From IMG/VR virus record IMGVR_UViG_3300010965_000001, positions 32,001-96,000 of that record: 64,000 bases of DNA; one strand, written 5' to 3'. The notes below the pieces were generated by a model. The model made no database searches and was not told where the DNA came from. It saw only the letters and a list, made by a program, of their open reading frames with translations. This stretch comes from a virus. Lineage: Duplodnaviria; Caudoviricetes. Of this stretch, positions 9,226 to 18,731 are shown in pieces (the stretch's first letter is position 1; each line of letters opens with the position of its first letter). The position numbers and the translations under genes are program-made.

Positions 9226-10506
9226 TTATTCCTCTATGATTAATCCACTTGATAGTTCTGTGTGTTGTGTTATTAAATGTTTATCTGAAATTTTTACCTT
9301 ACGTTCTATTTCTATTTTGATGTTGTCGTATTCGTATTCACCTATCTCATACGTTTCTACTACACCTGCCAAACTTCCAACCAATTCAAACAACGATTTC
9401 CAATTACAGTTGGTGGCGTCGATGGTCACTAATGCGTTGTATTCAAAATATGGACCGCTGAAGAAGATATTGAAATAGTTTGTTGTATTGTAAAATCTAC
9501 GTGATGCGTTCCACCCCTCCATTGATATGTCAAGTAACTGATTTGGTATTGTATCTTCCATTAACTGCGTTGAGTTGATAGCACCATCGTGGAATTGTGA
9601 ATCCAACCACACTTTAGTAAAGTATGGTTCAAGGTTCTGAATCAATGACCAATCCATCTTATCACAATTCAATATTCTAAGTGATACATCATACTTAGTC
9701 AATGGTGTATTGTGACTAAATGTTCCCCATTTACGAATGAACTTACGCATTTCGAATCCGTCAGCCTGTTCCTGTAACTTAACTCTCTCCTGTGCCTGTG
9801 TATTATTAGTATCGAACCAATCAGTTCCTCTTGAACTAACACATGTGAAGTGGTACACGTTGGCTTTGAATGTCTGTTTAATCTTAATGCCACTATGCAT
9901 GAACTTCTGTAAGATGTCACTATCTTCTCTTGACCTGCGGAAGATGGAGTCATGCCCTCCAACTGACTGCCATGTCTTCTTATGATAGGTGAAGGGTGCG
10001 AAGAAGTATTCTTCGGTTCTATCACTCTTTACAGTAGTTGCAAATTCCATATACCCATCCCAATCAAACTTGTCTGGTGTGATACCGAAGTCCCGTGTAA
10101 AGGTTATGGGTGAGGGTGGATGTAATGGTGGTTCCGTTCTCGTGGCACTCAATATACAATTCTCTTCAAGGTCTTCTAACACATTCAAGTCATAGTCCTT
10201 GCTTACAATCATGTCAGACTGTAAGAAACTAACGATGTCATATTTTGCAAGGTCTGTAAGTATATTCACATTCAACTGATAACCTACACATTGATTCGGA
10301 AACTTATGCGTGACAATCTTTAAATCAAAGAACTCATGCTTGACACTCTTTAAGTATTGATATGTGCCGTCATTGTCTCTGTCAATGAACACGATTATCT
10401 CATGGTGCTTATAATGGAGATTCTCTTGTAATGACTTCAACAACAACTTCGTATAAGGTAATGTGTTAGCACCTGTATTAGTTATAAAACTGATATGATT
10501 ATCCAT
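9226..10506 (-). CDS. glycosyltransferase family 2 with C-terminal extension
   Basis: GT-A fold: IIVFIDRDNDGT, FLQSDM, VGGHD ... EDSD. Confidence 0.85.
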   Translation of the reverse strand: MDNHISFITNTGANTLPYTKLLLKSLQENLHYKHHEIIVFIDRDNDGTYQYLKSVKHEFFDLKIVTHKFPNQCVGYQLNVNILTDLAKYDIVSFLQSDMIVSKDYDLNVLEDLEENCILSATRTEPPLHPPSPITFTRDFGITPDKFDWDGYMEFATTVKSDRTEEYFFAPFTYHKKTWQSVGGHDSIFRRSREDSDILQKFMHSGIKIKQTFKANVYHFTCVSSRGTDWFDTNNTQAQERVKLQEQADGFEMRKFIRKWGTFSHNTPLTKYDVSLRILNCDKMDWSLIQNLEPYFTKVWLDSQFHDGAINSTQLMEDTIPNQLLDISMEGWNASRRFYNTTNYFNIFFSGPYFEYNALVTIDATNCNWKSLFELVGSLAGVVETYEIGEYEYDNIKIEIERKVKISDKHLITQHTELSSGLIIEE

Positions 10507-11479
10507 TCAACGCCTCATTAATTTTCTTTAAGAATTCTTCTTCTGCGAACTTAGTGTAATTGTATTTTGCTTCTTCACAACACATCTTGAAGAACTCGGG
10601 ATTACGTTGTAACGTCCACGCCAAATCCTTTGCCTTCTGAACATCATCGACATCCACAGAGAGATTTGGGTGACAGATACGTTGTGTGTCTACCTTCTCA
10701 TTACCTATACAGGGGATACCGAAGTATGCACAGTTGAGACTGAACGTACCTGCCGCAACCGTGGGCATCATGTGGACTGCATACTTGAAGGATGATAGGG
10801 TCTTCATCCAATCCAACCATTCAAGTCGTGGTAAATGTGTAAGTCCTTCTATGTCAAATTCCTCTTGTCTCGCCGCATGAGACGAAGGAACATAGATACG
10901 ATTCACAAACTCCTGTGCTACGATGTAACTCTGAAAGCCACCATACCACCTACAGAAGTTACCACCAATGATTGTTTTGTCTTCTGTGACAGGAACTATG
11001 TCCTTCACTAAGTCTTCAATCATAAGGGTCGGCATGACGTAAGTCTTCTTATCAAACAGACCTGAATAGAAATTCCTATCAGTCTCATTGTGAACGAAGA
11101 TTCCATCGGAACTTACGATTGCGTTATTGTAATGGAACTGATTGATTATCTCATACTCATTGAAGAACCACGATGGACCTTCTTGTACGAAGAAGACCTT
11201 CTTGTTATGTTGTTTTAACTCTCCAACAAAGTCTTCTTGAAATAATGGAAGATACTTGTTAGGAACGTCCACCATCTTAGAACCAACTGCATTCAATGAC
11301 ACATCACCTTTGGGGAAGATGATGAATACAACATCAAAATCCTTGACACCATTGAAGTGTGTAATTGGATAGTGAACTGCATTGAGTGCCGCCATCCATG
11401 CAAACTCTGTTCTCATGTTAGTGTGATTCCTATAGACAGGACCACTAAATCCCATCTCTGTTAAGAATGCTATTTTCAT
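10499..11479 (-). CDS. putative GT-B glycosyltransferase
   Basis: AAGTFSLNCAYFGIPCIG resembles the GT-B nucleotide-sugar-binding segment; cluster context. Confidence 0.6.
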   Translation of the reverse strand: MKIAFLTEMGFSGPVYRNHTNMRTEFAWMAALNAVHYPITHFNGVKDFDVVFIIFPKGDVSLNAVGSKMVDVPNKYLPLFQEDFVGELKQHNKKVFFVQEGPSWFFNEYEIINQFHYNNAIVSSDGIFVHNETDRNFYSGLFDKKTYVMPTLMIEDLVKDIVPVTEDKTIIGGNFCRWYGGFQSYIVAQEFVNRIYVPSSHAARQEEFDIEGLTHLPRLEWLDWMKTLSSFKYAVHMMPTVAAGTFSLNCAYFGIPCIGNEKVDTQRICHPNLSVDVDDVQKAKDLAWTLQRNPEFFKMCCEEAKYNYTKFAEEEFLKKINEALNG

Positions 11480-12306
11480 TTATCCCTCAACTGATTGTAC
11501 ATTATTTTTAGTCCTTCACCTAATCCTATTAATGGAAGTGTTGGTAGTATGCTCGGGTGTGCCTCTCCGTAATATGACAACTCCACTCCGCCTCTGTCAA
11601 TCTTAATAGGACATCGATAATCACTCAACTGATTAATCACACCACAAATATCAGTCAATGTTATTTTATCCTTATAGACTGCATTCATTTCCTTTGATAG
11701 AAAGAATGGGTCGGAATGCATATAGTAACTTACGACAGTCATTAAATCATCAATGTAGAAGAAGTCCATGATTCTGTCCATATCAACAGTTAATGTGTCG
11801 TGGTTGATGTATCGTTGAATGTTTGTTTTGATGAACCGTGCAGTATCTTCATCGTGGGCAAACACATTGAACAATCTAATATTATAGAAATCATCAGTGT
11901 CTTCTATGATTCGTGCTATGAGATTTTTACTCATACCATATGGGTCAATTGGAAACGATGTAACAACTTTGTTACTAACATCTATGTTACGCCGCCGGTC
12001 CAACTCCGCCCCTGTTCCAAAATTGATAAACCGTTTGTAATATCGTCTATTGGTATAGAGATTGTTAAACATAGTAAGGTTATCTGCCAATACTTGATTA
12101 GTGTCTACCTTCGTACGTTTACCACCTGTTATAGCAGTGTGAAGAACCACATCAAATTTACCACTAATCTCAAAGAATTTATCGACATCAAATCCATTAG
12201 TCCAATCCAATTGGGAATGTGTCGGTGCGACCATTTCATGCTCACCGAAATATTCTTTAAGATGCCGTGCTATAAATCCATTACCGCCTGTTATGAGTAT
12301 TTTCAT
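11476..12306 (-). CDS. NAD-dependent epimerase/dehydratase
   Basis: MKILITGGNGFIA, VLHTA, YGMSK (YxxxK), IRLFNVF. Confidence 0.9.
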   Translation of the reverse strand: MKILITGGNGFIARHLKEYFGEHEMVAPTHSQLDWTNGFDVDKFFEISGKFDVVLHTAITGGKRTKVDTNQVLADNLTMFNNLYTNRRYYKRFINFGTGAELDRRRNIDVSNKVVTSFPIDPYGMSKNLIARIIEDTDDFYNIRLFNVFAHDEDTARFIKTNIQRYINHDTLTVDMDRIMDFFYIDDLMTVVSYYMHSDPFFLSKEMNAVYKDKITLTDICGVINQLSDYRCPIKIDRGGVELSYYGEAHPSILPTLPLIGLGEGLKIMYNQLRDK

Positions 12307-12307
12307 A

Positions 12308-13060
12308 TTATCTCTTTCTAAAGACTGCCAAGTAATTGATTTCATTGGGGTCTAATATCAAATCAACTAATTCAAATGCTTCACTGACTTTCTTATTCAT
12401 ATCGTCATTTAAGAAACTTGAATTAAACTTTCCAGTAAAATGTGTCTGTATTAATTCCTCTCCAACCAATGAGTTGTCATATCTGTACTTACCACGGGAT
12501 TTGAATGGATTTTGAATATCTTCCATGAAATAATATCCACCACTCTTCACTAAATCGATGGACTGATATAACGTAACCATCATGTGATTCGGCCAGTGGC
12601 TTCCATCTTCTACTATGAAATCTAAGTCATGTGGTACACATTCTTTTATGCCCACCCAATCTGAGAATGAACCTTGGTCTGCGTAAATGAAATTCACACC
12701 CATTTGATTTAAGAACTCTACATCACCCATCTTATCATCAAGTGTGTTATTCCAAAAGTTGTCTACGGAATATAAATCTAAATCTGAGAAGAATCCTGTC
12801 CACATCTTGCAACTTGCATAGGGAAATCTGTTATCACATATACCAATCTCCATCATCTTAACAGGTGCATCCTTGTATTGATTCATATAACGTGCATACG
12901 TAGTGGTGTATTCCAAACAGGTATGTGTAGGATATTTCACTCCCCAAGAAGTGAGTGCCGCGGGAAATGTCCCCTTGTCGGATTCGTGTGCATTAGCCAA
13001 GTATGTCAAATCTCTCACACCAGCAAGAACGTTGGATTTAGTCTTTTGAAAAAATTTCAT
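12308..13060 (-). CDS. SAM-dependent O-methyltransferase-like protein
   Basis: MMEIGI, DQG, FIVEDGSH, LVKSGGYYFMEDI. Confidence 0.75.
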   Translation of the reverse strand: MKFFQKTKSNVLAGVRDLTYLANAHESDKGTFPAALTSWGVKYPTHTCLEYTTTYARYMNQYKDAPVKMMEIGICDNRFPYASCKMWTGFFSDLDLYSVDNFWNNTLDDKMGDVEFLNQMGVNFIYADQGSFSDWVGIKECVPHDLDFIVEDGSHWPNHMMVTLYQSIDLVKSGGYYFMEDIQNPFKSRGKYRYDNSLVGEELIQTHFTGKFNSSFLNDDMNKKVSEAFELVDLILDPNEINYLAVFRKR

Positions 13061-13061
13061 G

Positions 13062-14012
13062 TTATTTCCCTTTTAAATATTTGTTAATTAGTTTTTTCAT
13101 TCCAAGATGTGTACTCTCATACTCATCGTTTAATGTAATTGTTTCTATACCAGTTACGTGTGTAATGTATTCTTTTATAACAGGTAGTTTCTTACTGATT
13201 CCACCAGTCAAAAATATGTGTTCGAATATATCTGTATCAATTCTTCGAATGTATTGTGTAACGTATCCTTTTACAACTGATGCAATCATATTATCTACAG
13301 TAAAGTTGTCTTCGTGTATATTCTTAATGAACCCGCCACCGTTATACTCAACAGCCTGTTCAAATACATTCAAGTCAATTTCCAATGTAGAAGTTATAAG
13401 GTCGTTCACTGTCAACTTACTACACCTTTCAAAGAAATCTACACCCATCGATTGAAAGAATGAACTGAACATATTCAATGCTCTTCCGCTTGGAATGTAA
13501 CTTGTGATATTGTCAGTTGATATTACTTGTGAACCCGTTCCCATGTTAATTAACAAGTCCGTCTCCTCTAAGTCAACTGATTCTATAACACAATTGGTAT
13601 CACCCAATACACTATAGAACTTCACACCGTTGATATAACCAAGAACTTCCAACCCATCTACAATTGAATCTTTTGAATGATGTTTATGTATGTGATATGT
13701 CTCCTGCCCCCTAAAGAGTTCAGAGATTAAGCAACCTTTATAATTTGGATTTTGATACAGTGCCTTCCATGAATAATAAATATCATTCTCTGAGTAGGAA
13801 CCGCCTAAGATTGAACATATCACAACATTTTTTATGCGTGTATATTGTGCCAATACATGTAATAATGACCCAATCACATATCGTTTGGCAACAGAGTATT
13901 CCATGTGCAATGGAGATTGAAAACTCTTATAATTTGTTAAACTATCTGTATCGGAATCATACACTATACACTTAATGTATGATGCACCGTAATCAATTAG
14001 CAAGTATTGCAT
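13062..14012 (-). CDS. FGGY-family carbohydrate kinase (sedoheptulokinase/xylulokinase-like)
   Basis: IDYGASYIK phosphate-1 motif, LGDTNC, INMGTGSQ, FLTGGI. Confidence 0.7.
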   Translation of the reverse strand: MQYLLIDYGASYIKCIVYDSDTDSLTNYKSFQSPLHMEYSVAKRYVIGSLLHVLAQYTRIKNVVICSILGGSYSENDIYYSWKALYQNPNYKGCLISELFRGQETYHIHKHHSKDSIVDGLEVLGYINGVKFYSVLGDTNCVIESVDLEETDLLINMGTGSQVISTDNITSYIPSGRALNMFSSFFQSMGVDFFERCSKLTVNDLITSTLEIDLNVFEQAVEYNGGGFIKNIHEDNFTVDNMIASVVKGYVTQYIRRIDTDIFEHIFLTGGISKKLPVIKEYITHVTGIETITLNDEYESTHLGMKKLINKYLKGK

Positions 14013-15015
14013 TGAGTCTCTCCACTAAGATGTCATCGAGTTTGGTTGGGAAAAAGTTCGTTACTCCTTCGTAACAGTTTACTAATTGTATTACATCACC
14101 AGCAACCTTCTTGTCACTTTTCAAATTGGACACAATCCCTACTGTGCTTAACTGTTTTATTTTACACAATGATGTAAACTTTAAACATGCTTCATTGATT
14201 ACTTCGTTGTTATCAAATAACTTATTGACAAGGAGGATTCCAAGTAATACAGCCTCACCATGTGGTATCTTATACTTTGTCATTGATTCAATCACGTGCC
14301 CAAACGAATGACCGTAATTCAGGGACTTTCTCAAATCTTCTTCGAATTCATCCTTCTCAATTACCAATCGTTTGATTTCAAGTGAATGTCTAATCACATC
14401 TTCAATTCCCCAATTACTGATGTTATTCAAGTAATAATTACCACCGATGGTAAACAACTTAACAATCTCACCATAACCTGACACCATATCTTCTGCTGTC
14501 AAAGTTTTAAGAAACTCTATATCGACTGTAACTTTACTTGGTGCGGAGAACAATGCCAATTGATTCTTATGATTGTCGAAGTTCAATCCAGACTTACCAC
14601 CAATACAACTGTCACACATCGACAATAGAGTGGTAGGATAGAACTCCCAATTAATTCCACGCTTGAACATTTTGGCTACGAATGCACCAATGTCTTGTGT
14701 TATGCCACCACCAATTACTATAAGTCTATTACTCTTAGTGAAACCCCACTCGGACAATTGTCCACACACCATTAGACATGTGTCCATTGACTTATTCTTC
14801 TCTAATGCTTTAATCTCAACAATCTTATCACATGATACATTGTAAAGATTCCCAACAGTTTGGTCTACTAATACAACACAATCGTCACCAAATGTTAAGT
14901 CCGCTCTACCAATCACAACATCGTAATTCTTTGGAAATGACTTAACAGTGAACTGTTTTTCAAGTTTTTGATTTATACGAAATATCGTGTCTTCAATCTT
15001 AAATAAATTGTGCAT
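13993..15015 (-). CDS. 3-dehydroquinate-synthase-like sugar-phosphate cyclase
   Basis: GGGITQDIG, PTTLLSMCDSCIGGK, GEIVK, LNYGHSFGH, HGEAV. Confidence 0.88.
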   Translation of the reverse strand: MHNLFKIEDTIFRINQKLEKQFTVKSFPKNYDVVIGRADLTFGDDCVVLVDQTVGNLYNVSCDKIVEIKALEKNKSMDTCLMVCGQLSEWGFTKSNRLIVIGGGITQDIGAFVAKMFKRGINWEFYPTTLLSMCDSCIGGKSGLNFDNHKNQLALFSAPSKVTVDIEFLKTLTAEDMVSGYGEIVKLFTIGGNYYLNNISNWGIEDVIRHSLEIKRLVIEKDEFEEDLRKSLNYGHSFGHVIESMTKYKIPHGEAVLLGILLVNKLFDNNEVINEACLKFTSLCKIKQLSTVGIVSNLKSDKKVAGDVIQLVNCYEGVTNFFPTKLDDILVERLNAILAN

Positions 15016-15018
15016 GTC

Positions 15019-16752
15019 TTACTCCTTTGAAATGGTCATATCAGTTAATGTTCCAGGAATGATTTTACCATTTGCATCAATTCCTCTGTGAGTTACTTTT
15101 GGTTCGTGCTTTTCTGATGGGTTCACGAACACTTCGATTATACATGGTTTGTAGGATGTCATACTCTGCGACAATACACCGTCTACGTCGGCATTACTTT
15201 TAATACTGTAATAATCAATCCCAAACGCCTTTGCAATTTTTTCAAAACTTGGGAGTGAGACACCATTATCCTTGCCGCTTGCAAATTCAGCCCCACCGAA
15301 GAACGCACCCTGTGTAAGTTTAATGGACACATATCCATCGTTATTGACAATGATGATTTTGATTGGAAGGTTGTTATGTTTGATAGTTTGCAATTCCTGT
15401 AAGTTCATCATTATACTTCCATCACCTTCGATACATACTACTCTCATGTTGGATGCTTTACACGCGCCGATTGCTGCGGAGATACCGTATCCCATACTCG
15501 CACACCCCACATTGGTGTACAGTCGTTGACCTTTGTTTATGTTATATGTTTGTTGTGTCACTACATGTGCTGACCCATTACTTGTTACAATGGGAAGTTT
15601 ACCAAAATACTTTGGTGCTCTACTTATGAAATAATAGAAACTTGCAAATTGTTTTGGATGAATGTGTTGTGGATAACAATAAACCTGTTCCTTACGTTTA
15701 TCCTTGACATATTGTTGCCACTCACCAATTTGCAATGTTTCATTATCCATAGTAATATATGATAAGAACTCTTTCAAATCTGATGGGATTTTCAAATCTA
15801 TATGAAATTTATGTTTCATAATTTCAAATTCATCAATATCAACAATTATCTTCTTAGCGTTTGGTGCGAAGTCCTTTATATTATATCCAGTCATTTTGAA
15901 GTTTAACCGTGACCCTAAGATGATTAACAAATCACACTGTTGAACTATTTCGTTTGAAGTTAGTTGTCCATGAATTCCAATACGTCCTGCATAATATTCA
16001 TACGTATTGTCAATACAATCCACCGCAGAGTGTGGTCCAGTTACTGCGGGGATGCCTGTCTTCACTAACAAGTCGTTAAGTAAAGTGTAACTGTTTGACA
16101 GTCTCACTCCACTACCACACACTATTAACGGTTTCTTTGCATTGAGAAGTAATTTCTTAAATTTAACAATTTCACTTGGAAATGGTTTCATCACTCTAAT
16201 TACTTCCGTGAATCTATCTAACATCTCTTCATCTACATCTGCTCCTTGAATATCCAATGGAACGTCTATCCATACTGGACCCATTCTATCATGTAGTGCG
16301 ATTTGATACGCCTTCTCAAGTTCGTACAATATTCTACTCTTGTCTTTTATTGTCACACAATACTTTGTCATTGGAGCCGCCACCTTCACAATATTGAACT
16401 CTTGGTCACCGATTTGACGGCAACCAGTTCCTTCTGACAGTTGATTAGTGGACACCTGTCCAGAAATGACCATCGATGGGATACTATCTAACCACATCCC
16501 CAATAGACCTGTTAATGCGTTAGTGCCTCCAGGACCAGTTGTGATTACGTTGAGTGCCATCTTACCACTCTGACGGTAATACCCTTCAGATGCCATCAAT
16601 GCAGTTTGTTCGTGGTGAACACATGTCGTGTCCATCCCCTTTGCAAGTCGTAACGCGTCTATGAGATGAATACATCCACCACCTGAAACTGTGAATGCAT
16701 GGTCGATTTTCTTCTCTAAGAAAAACTTCATTATTAAGTCTGCTACTCTCAT
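15019..16752 (-). CDS. thiamine-diphosphate-dependent enzyme (acetolactate-synthase-like, YerE-like)
   Basis: HHEQTA, TTGPGGTNA, GDGS...NN TPP-binding motif. Confidence 0.92.
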   Translation of the reverse strand: MRVADLIMKFFLEKKIDHAFTVSGGGCIHLIDALRLAKGMDTTCVHHEQTALMASEGYYRQSGKMALNVITTGPGGTNALTGLLGMWLDSIPSMVISGQVSTNQLSEGTGCRQIGDQEFNIVKVAAPMTKYCVTIKDKSRILYELEKAYQIALHDRMGPVWIDVPLDIQGADVDEEMLDRFTEVIRVMKPFPSEIVKFKKLLLNAKKPLIVCGSGVRLSNSYTLLNDLLVKTGIPAVTGPHSAVDCIDNTYEYYAGRIGIHGQLTSNEIVQQCDLLIILGSRLNFKMTGYNIKDFAPNAKKIIVDIDEFEIMKHKFHIDLKIPSDLKEFLSYITMDNETLQIGEWQQYVKDKRKEQVYCYPQHIHPKQFASFYYFISRAPKYFGKLPIVTSNGSAHVVTQQTYNINKGQRLYTNVGCASMGYGISAAIGACKASNMRVVCIEGDGSIMMNLQELQTIKHNNLPIKIIIVNNDGYVSIKLTQGAFFGGAEFASGKDNGVSLPSFEKIAKAFGIDYYSIKSNADVDGVLSQSMTSYKPCIIEVFVNPSEKHEPKVTHRGIDANGKIIPGTLTDMTISKE

Positions 16753-17792
16753 TCTATATCCTGTTTGGTTAGTGGTGAATCTGCCGATTTATCTTTATTA
16801 AGTACAAATCCTTCTAAAAAATCTCTTGATGTTAACTGACCGATTTCCGCTTGATATGGTATTGCACTATACAAGTCTATCAACTTCACCGACTCTCCTT
16901 TTACCATATCAGCGCGTAAATAGAATCCTCTATATAGATTCTCCAAATATTCAGATTCCTTAACATCAATAATTCTACGTGCCTGTGAAGAATTACCACA
17001 CATTGTTTGTGCGTATTTGAATGCTTTGAACCATTCATCAATTTGTTCAGGTTGTGAGCAGTAACTACTTACCATCTTCTGCTCACACTCACCCGCTTTG
17101 TATCGTATATCTACATGACGTTCCCATGTTCTCGCACCCTTTGCATATGAGATATTCATGGACGTTTGCCAATCATTCTTCTCATGTGTTGAAAATCCTA
17201 TTACGTGATTGGGATACCGATTCTTTAAGTAATCTATTTGATTCAGTTCTAACTCACTATCCTCACTCGGATACTTGGACACACAATGGTTGATTGCCAA
17301 AGGTATGTTTCGGTTTTCAAAGAATGCTACCGCGTCATCAATCTGTTTCTCACTTGCTCCACCTGTAGAGAATATGACAGGTTTCTCTGTTGCCGCGATT
17401 GCTTTTAACAATATCCAATCATTTATGTCTGAACTTGCAATTTTGATAATTGGAAGGTCTAAGTCTACACACAATTGAACTGACCGTTCATCAAAGGGTG
17501 TAGCCATAGGGATACAACCACACTGCCTAATATAGTCAACCAATTCTTCAATATCCCTGTCAAACAATTTAGTCTTAACAGTCTTTTGAATGTATCTGTC
17601 TGAATCTTTAGTAAAGTCAGAATGAACGAATGTTTCCACATCTCTAAATTGTAATTTGATTGCCGCCTTTACATTGTTATATCGAACTACTTGTGCAAAT
17701 TCTTTGATTATCCGTTTACCACGCTCCAAAGAACCCCAATGATTGTTTGCCATTTCAAGTATAAACAGATTTTCGAATATTTCATGTTCCAT
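16749..17792 (-). CDS. N-acetylneuraminate-synthase (NeuB/SpsE) family PEP-dependent synthase
   Basis: ILEMANNH, IKLQ, ATPFD, IKIASSD, STGG, HCVSKYP, GFSTH, ERH; C-terminal SAF/AFP-like domain. Confidence 0.9.
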   Translation of the reverse strand: MEHEIFENLFILEMANNHWGSLERGKRIIKEFAQVVRYNNVKAAIKLQFRDVETFVHSDFTKDSDRYIQKTVKTKLFDRDIEELVDYIRQCGCIPMATPFDERSVQLCVDLDLPIIKIASSDINDWILLKAIAATEKPVIFSTGGASEKQIDDAVAFFENRNIPLAINHCVSKYPSEDSELELNQIDYLKNRYPNHVIGFSTHEKNDWQTSMNISYAKGARTWERHVDIRYKAGECEQKMVSSYCSQPEQIDEWFKAFKYAQTMCGNSSQARRIIDVKESEYLENLYRGFYLRADMVKGESVKLIDLYSAIPYQAEIGQLTSRDFLEGFVLNKDKSADSPLTKQDIE

Positions 17793-17793
17793 A

Positions 17794-18102
17794 TTATTTC
17801 CAATCCCGCGTATTCATATTTTTATCATCGATGAATAAATCAAAATATGGTTTGTCAAATTTGAGTTCGTGATACTTGACTCCCCAATTACTTAATTGTT
17901 TCTTTGTTAGGTCAGACCAGTCAATTCCAGTCTTCTGTCCTCTTGCCGTCCAATATACAATGTGATGTCCTTTGTCATACAACTTATTAGCCTTTACTAT
18001 ATTCTCATTTATTGGACTACTAATTGTATAATCAGGTGCGTTTGGACTGTGACAAATTGTTTCATCAATATCAATGTATATTGTTTTTAATGTGCTGAGC
18101 AT
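17794..18102 (-). CDS. small HAD-superfamily phosphatase (capsule-cluster type)
   Basis: DIDETIC (DxD), YWTARG, KPYFDLFIDDK. Confidence 0.85.
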   Translation of the reverse strand: MLSTLKTIYIDIDETICHSPNAPDYTISSPINENIVKANKLYDKGHHIVYWTARGQKTGIDWSDLTKKQLSNWGVKYHELKFDKPYFDLFIDDKNMNTRDWK

Positions 18103-18731
18103 GAATAACCTCCATCGATGATGAAGTTTTGTCCATTGATGAAGTCGTTATTATCACATAAGAAGAATACCATATCCGCCACTTCACTTGGTTGCCCCAA
18201 TCTACCAACGGGAATTTTGCCGATGAGTTCTTCAAGTTGTTCGTCAGTGTTATTCTTATACGTCATATCCGTGTTTATAAATCCAGGTGATACCGTGTTG
18301 CATAGAATATTGTGTTTACCATACTCTACAGCGATAGATTTTGTAAGTGCATGAAGTGCATTCTTACTCGCACTATATGCAAATCGATTTTGTTTTGCAA
18401 AGTCAATCCATACACTACCCATATTCACTATTCTACCATATTGGTTTAGCATCATATGATTTAAACATTGTTTAATTATTTGTGTGGGTGCATAGAAATT
18501 GACATCCATAGTTCTCTGTAAATCAAATCCTGTTGTCGCCATATCATTAAGTATGTTTACACCTGCGTTATTAACAATCACATCGAAATTCGTGTTTGTT
18601 AACTGTGGGATAACTGACAAGTTAAGTTCGTCACGGTTAGGAGCGTACACCTCATAACCGTTGGACGAAAACTTCTCTACAATCGCTTCACCGATACCTC
18701 TTGAACCACCTGTAACTAATACTTTTTTCAT
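18087..18731 (-). CDS. short-chain dehydrogenase/reductase
   Basis: TGGSRGIG, NNAG, YSASK, SPGFINT, IDGG. Confidence 0.92.
   Translation of the reverse strand: MKKVLVTGGSRGIGEAIVEKFSSNGYEVYAPNRDELNLSVIPQLTNTNFDVIVNNAGVNILNDMATTGFDLQRTMDVNFYAPTQIIKQCLNHMMLNQYGRIVNMGSVWIDFAKQNRFAYSASKNALHALTKSIAVEYGKHNILCNTVSPGFINTDMTYKNNTDEQLEELIGKIPVGRLGQPSEVADMVFFLCDNNDFINGQNFIIDGGYSCSAH

Noticed and set aside
13993-16752. Shikimate or branched-chain amino-acid auxiliary metabolic genes (aroB, ilvB)
   Set aside because: No other pathway genes or regulatory subunit; both sit in a sugar operon, so the symbols were withheld
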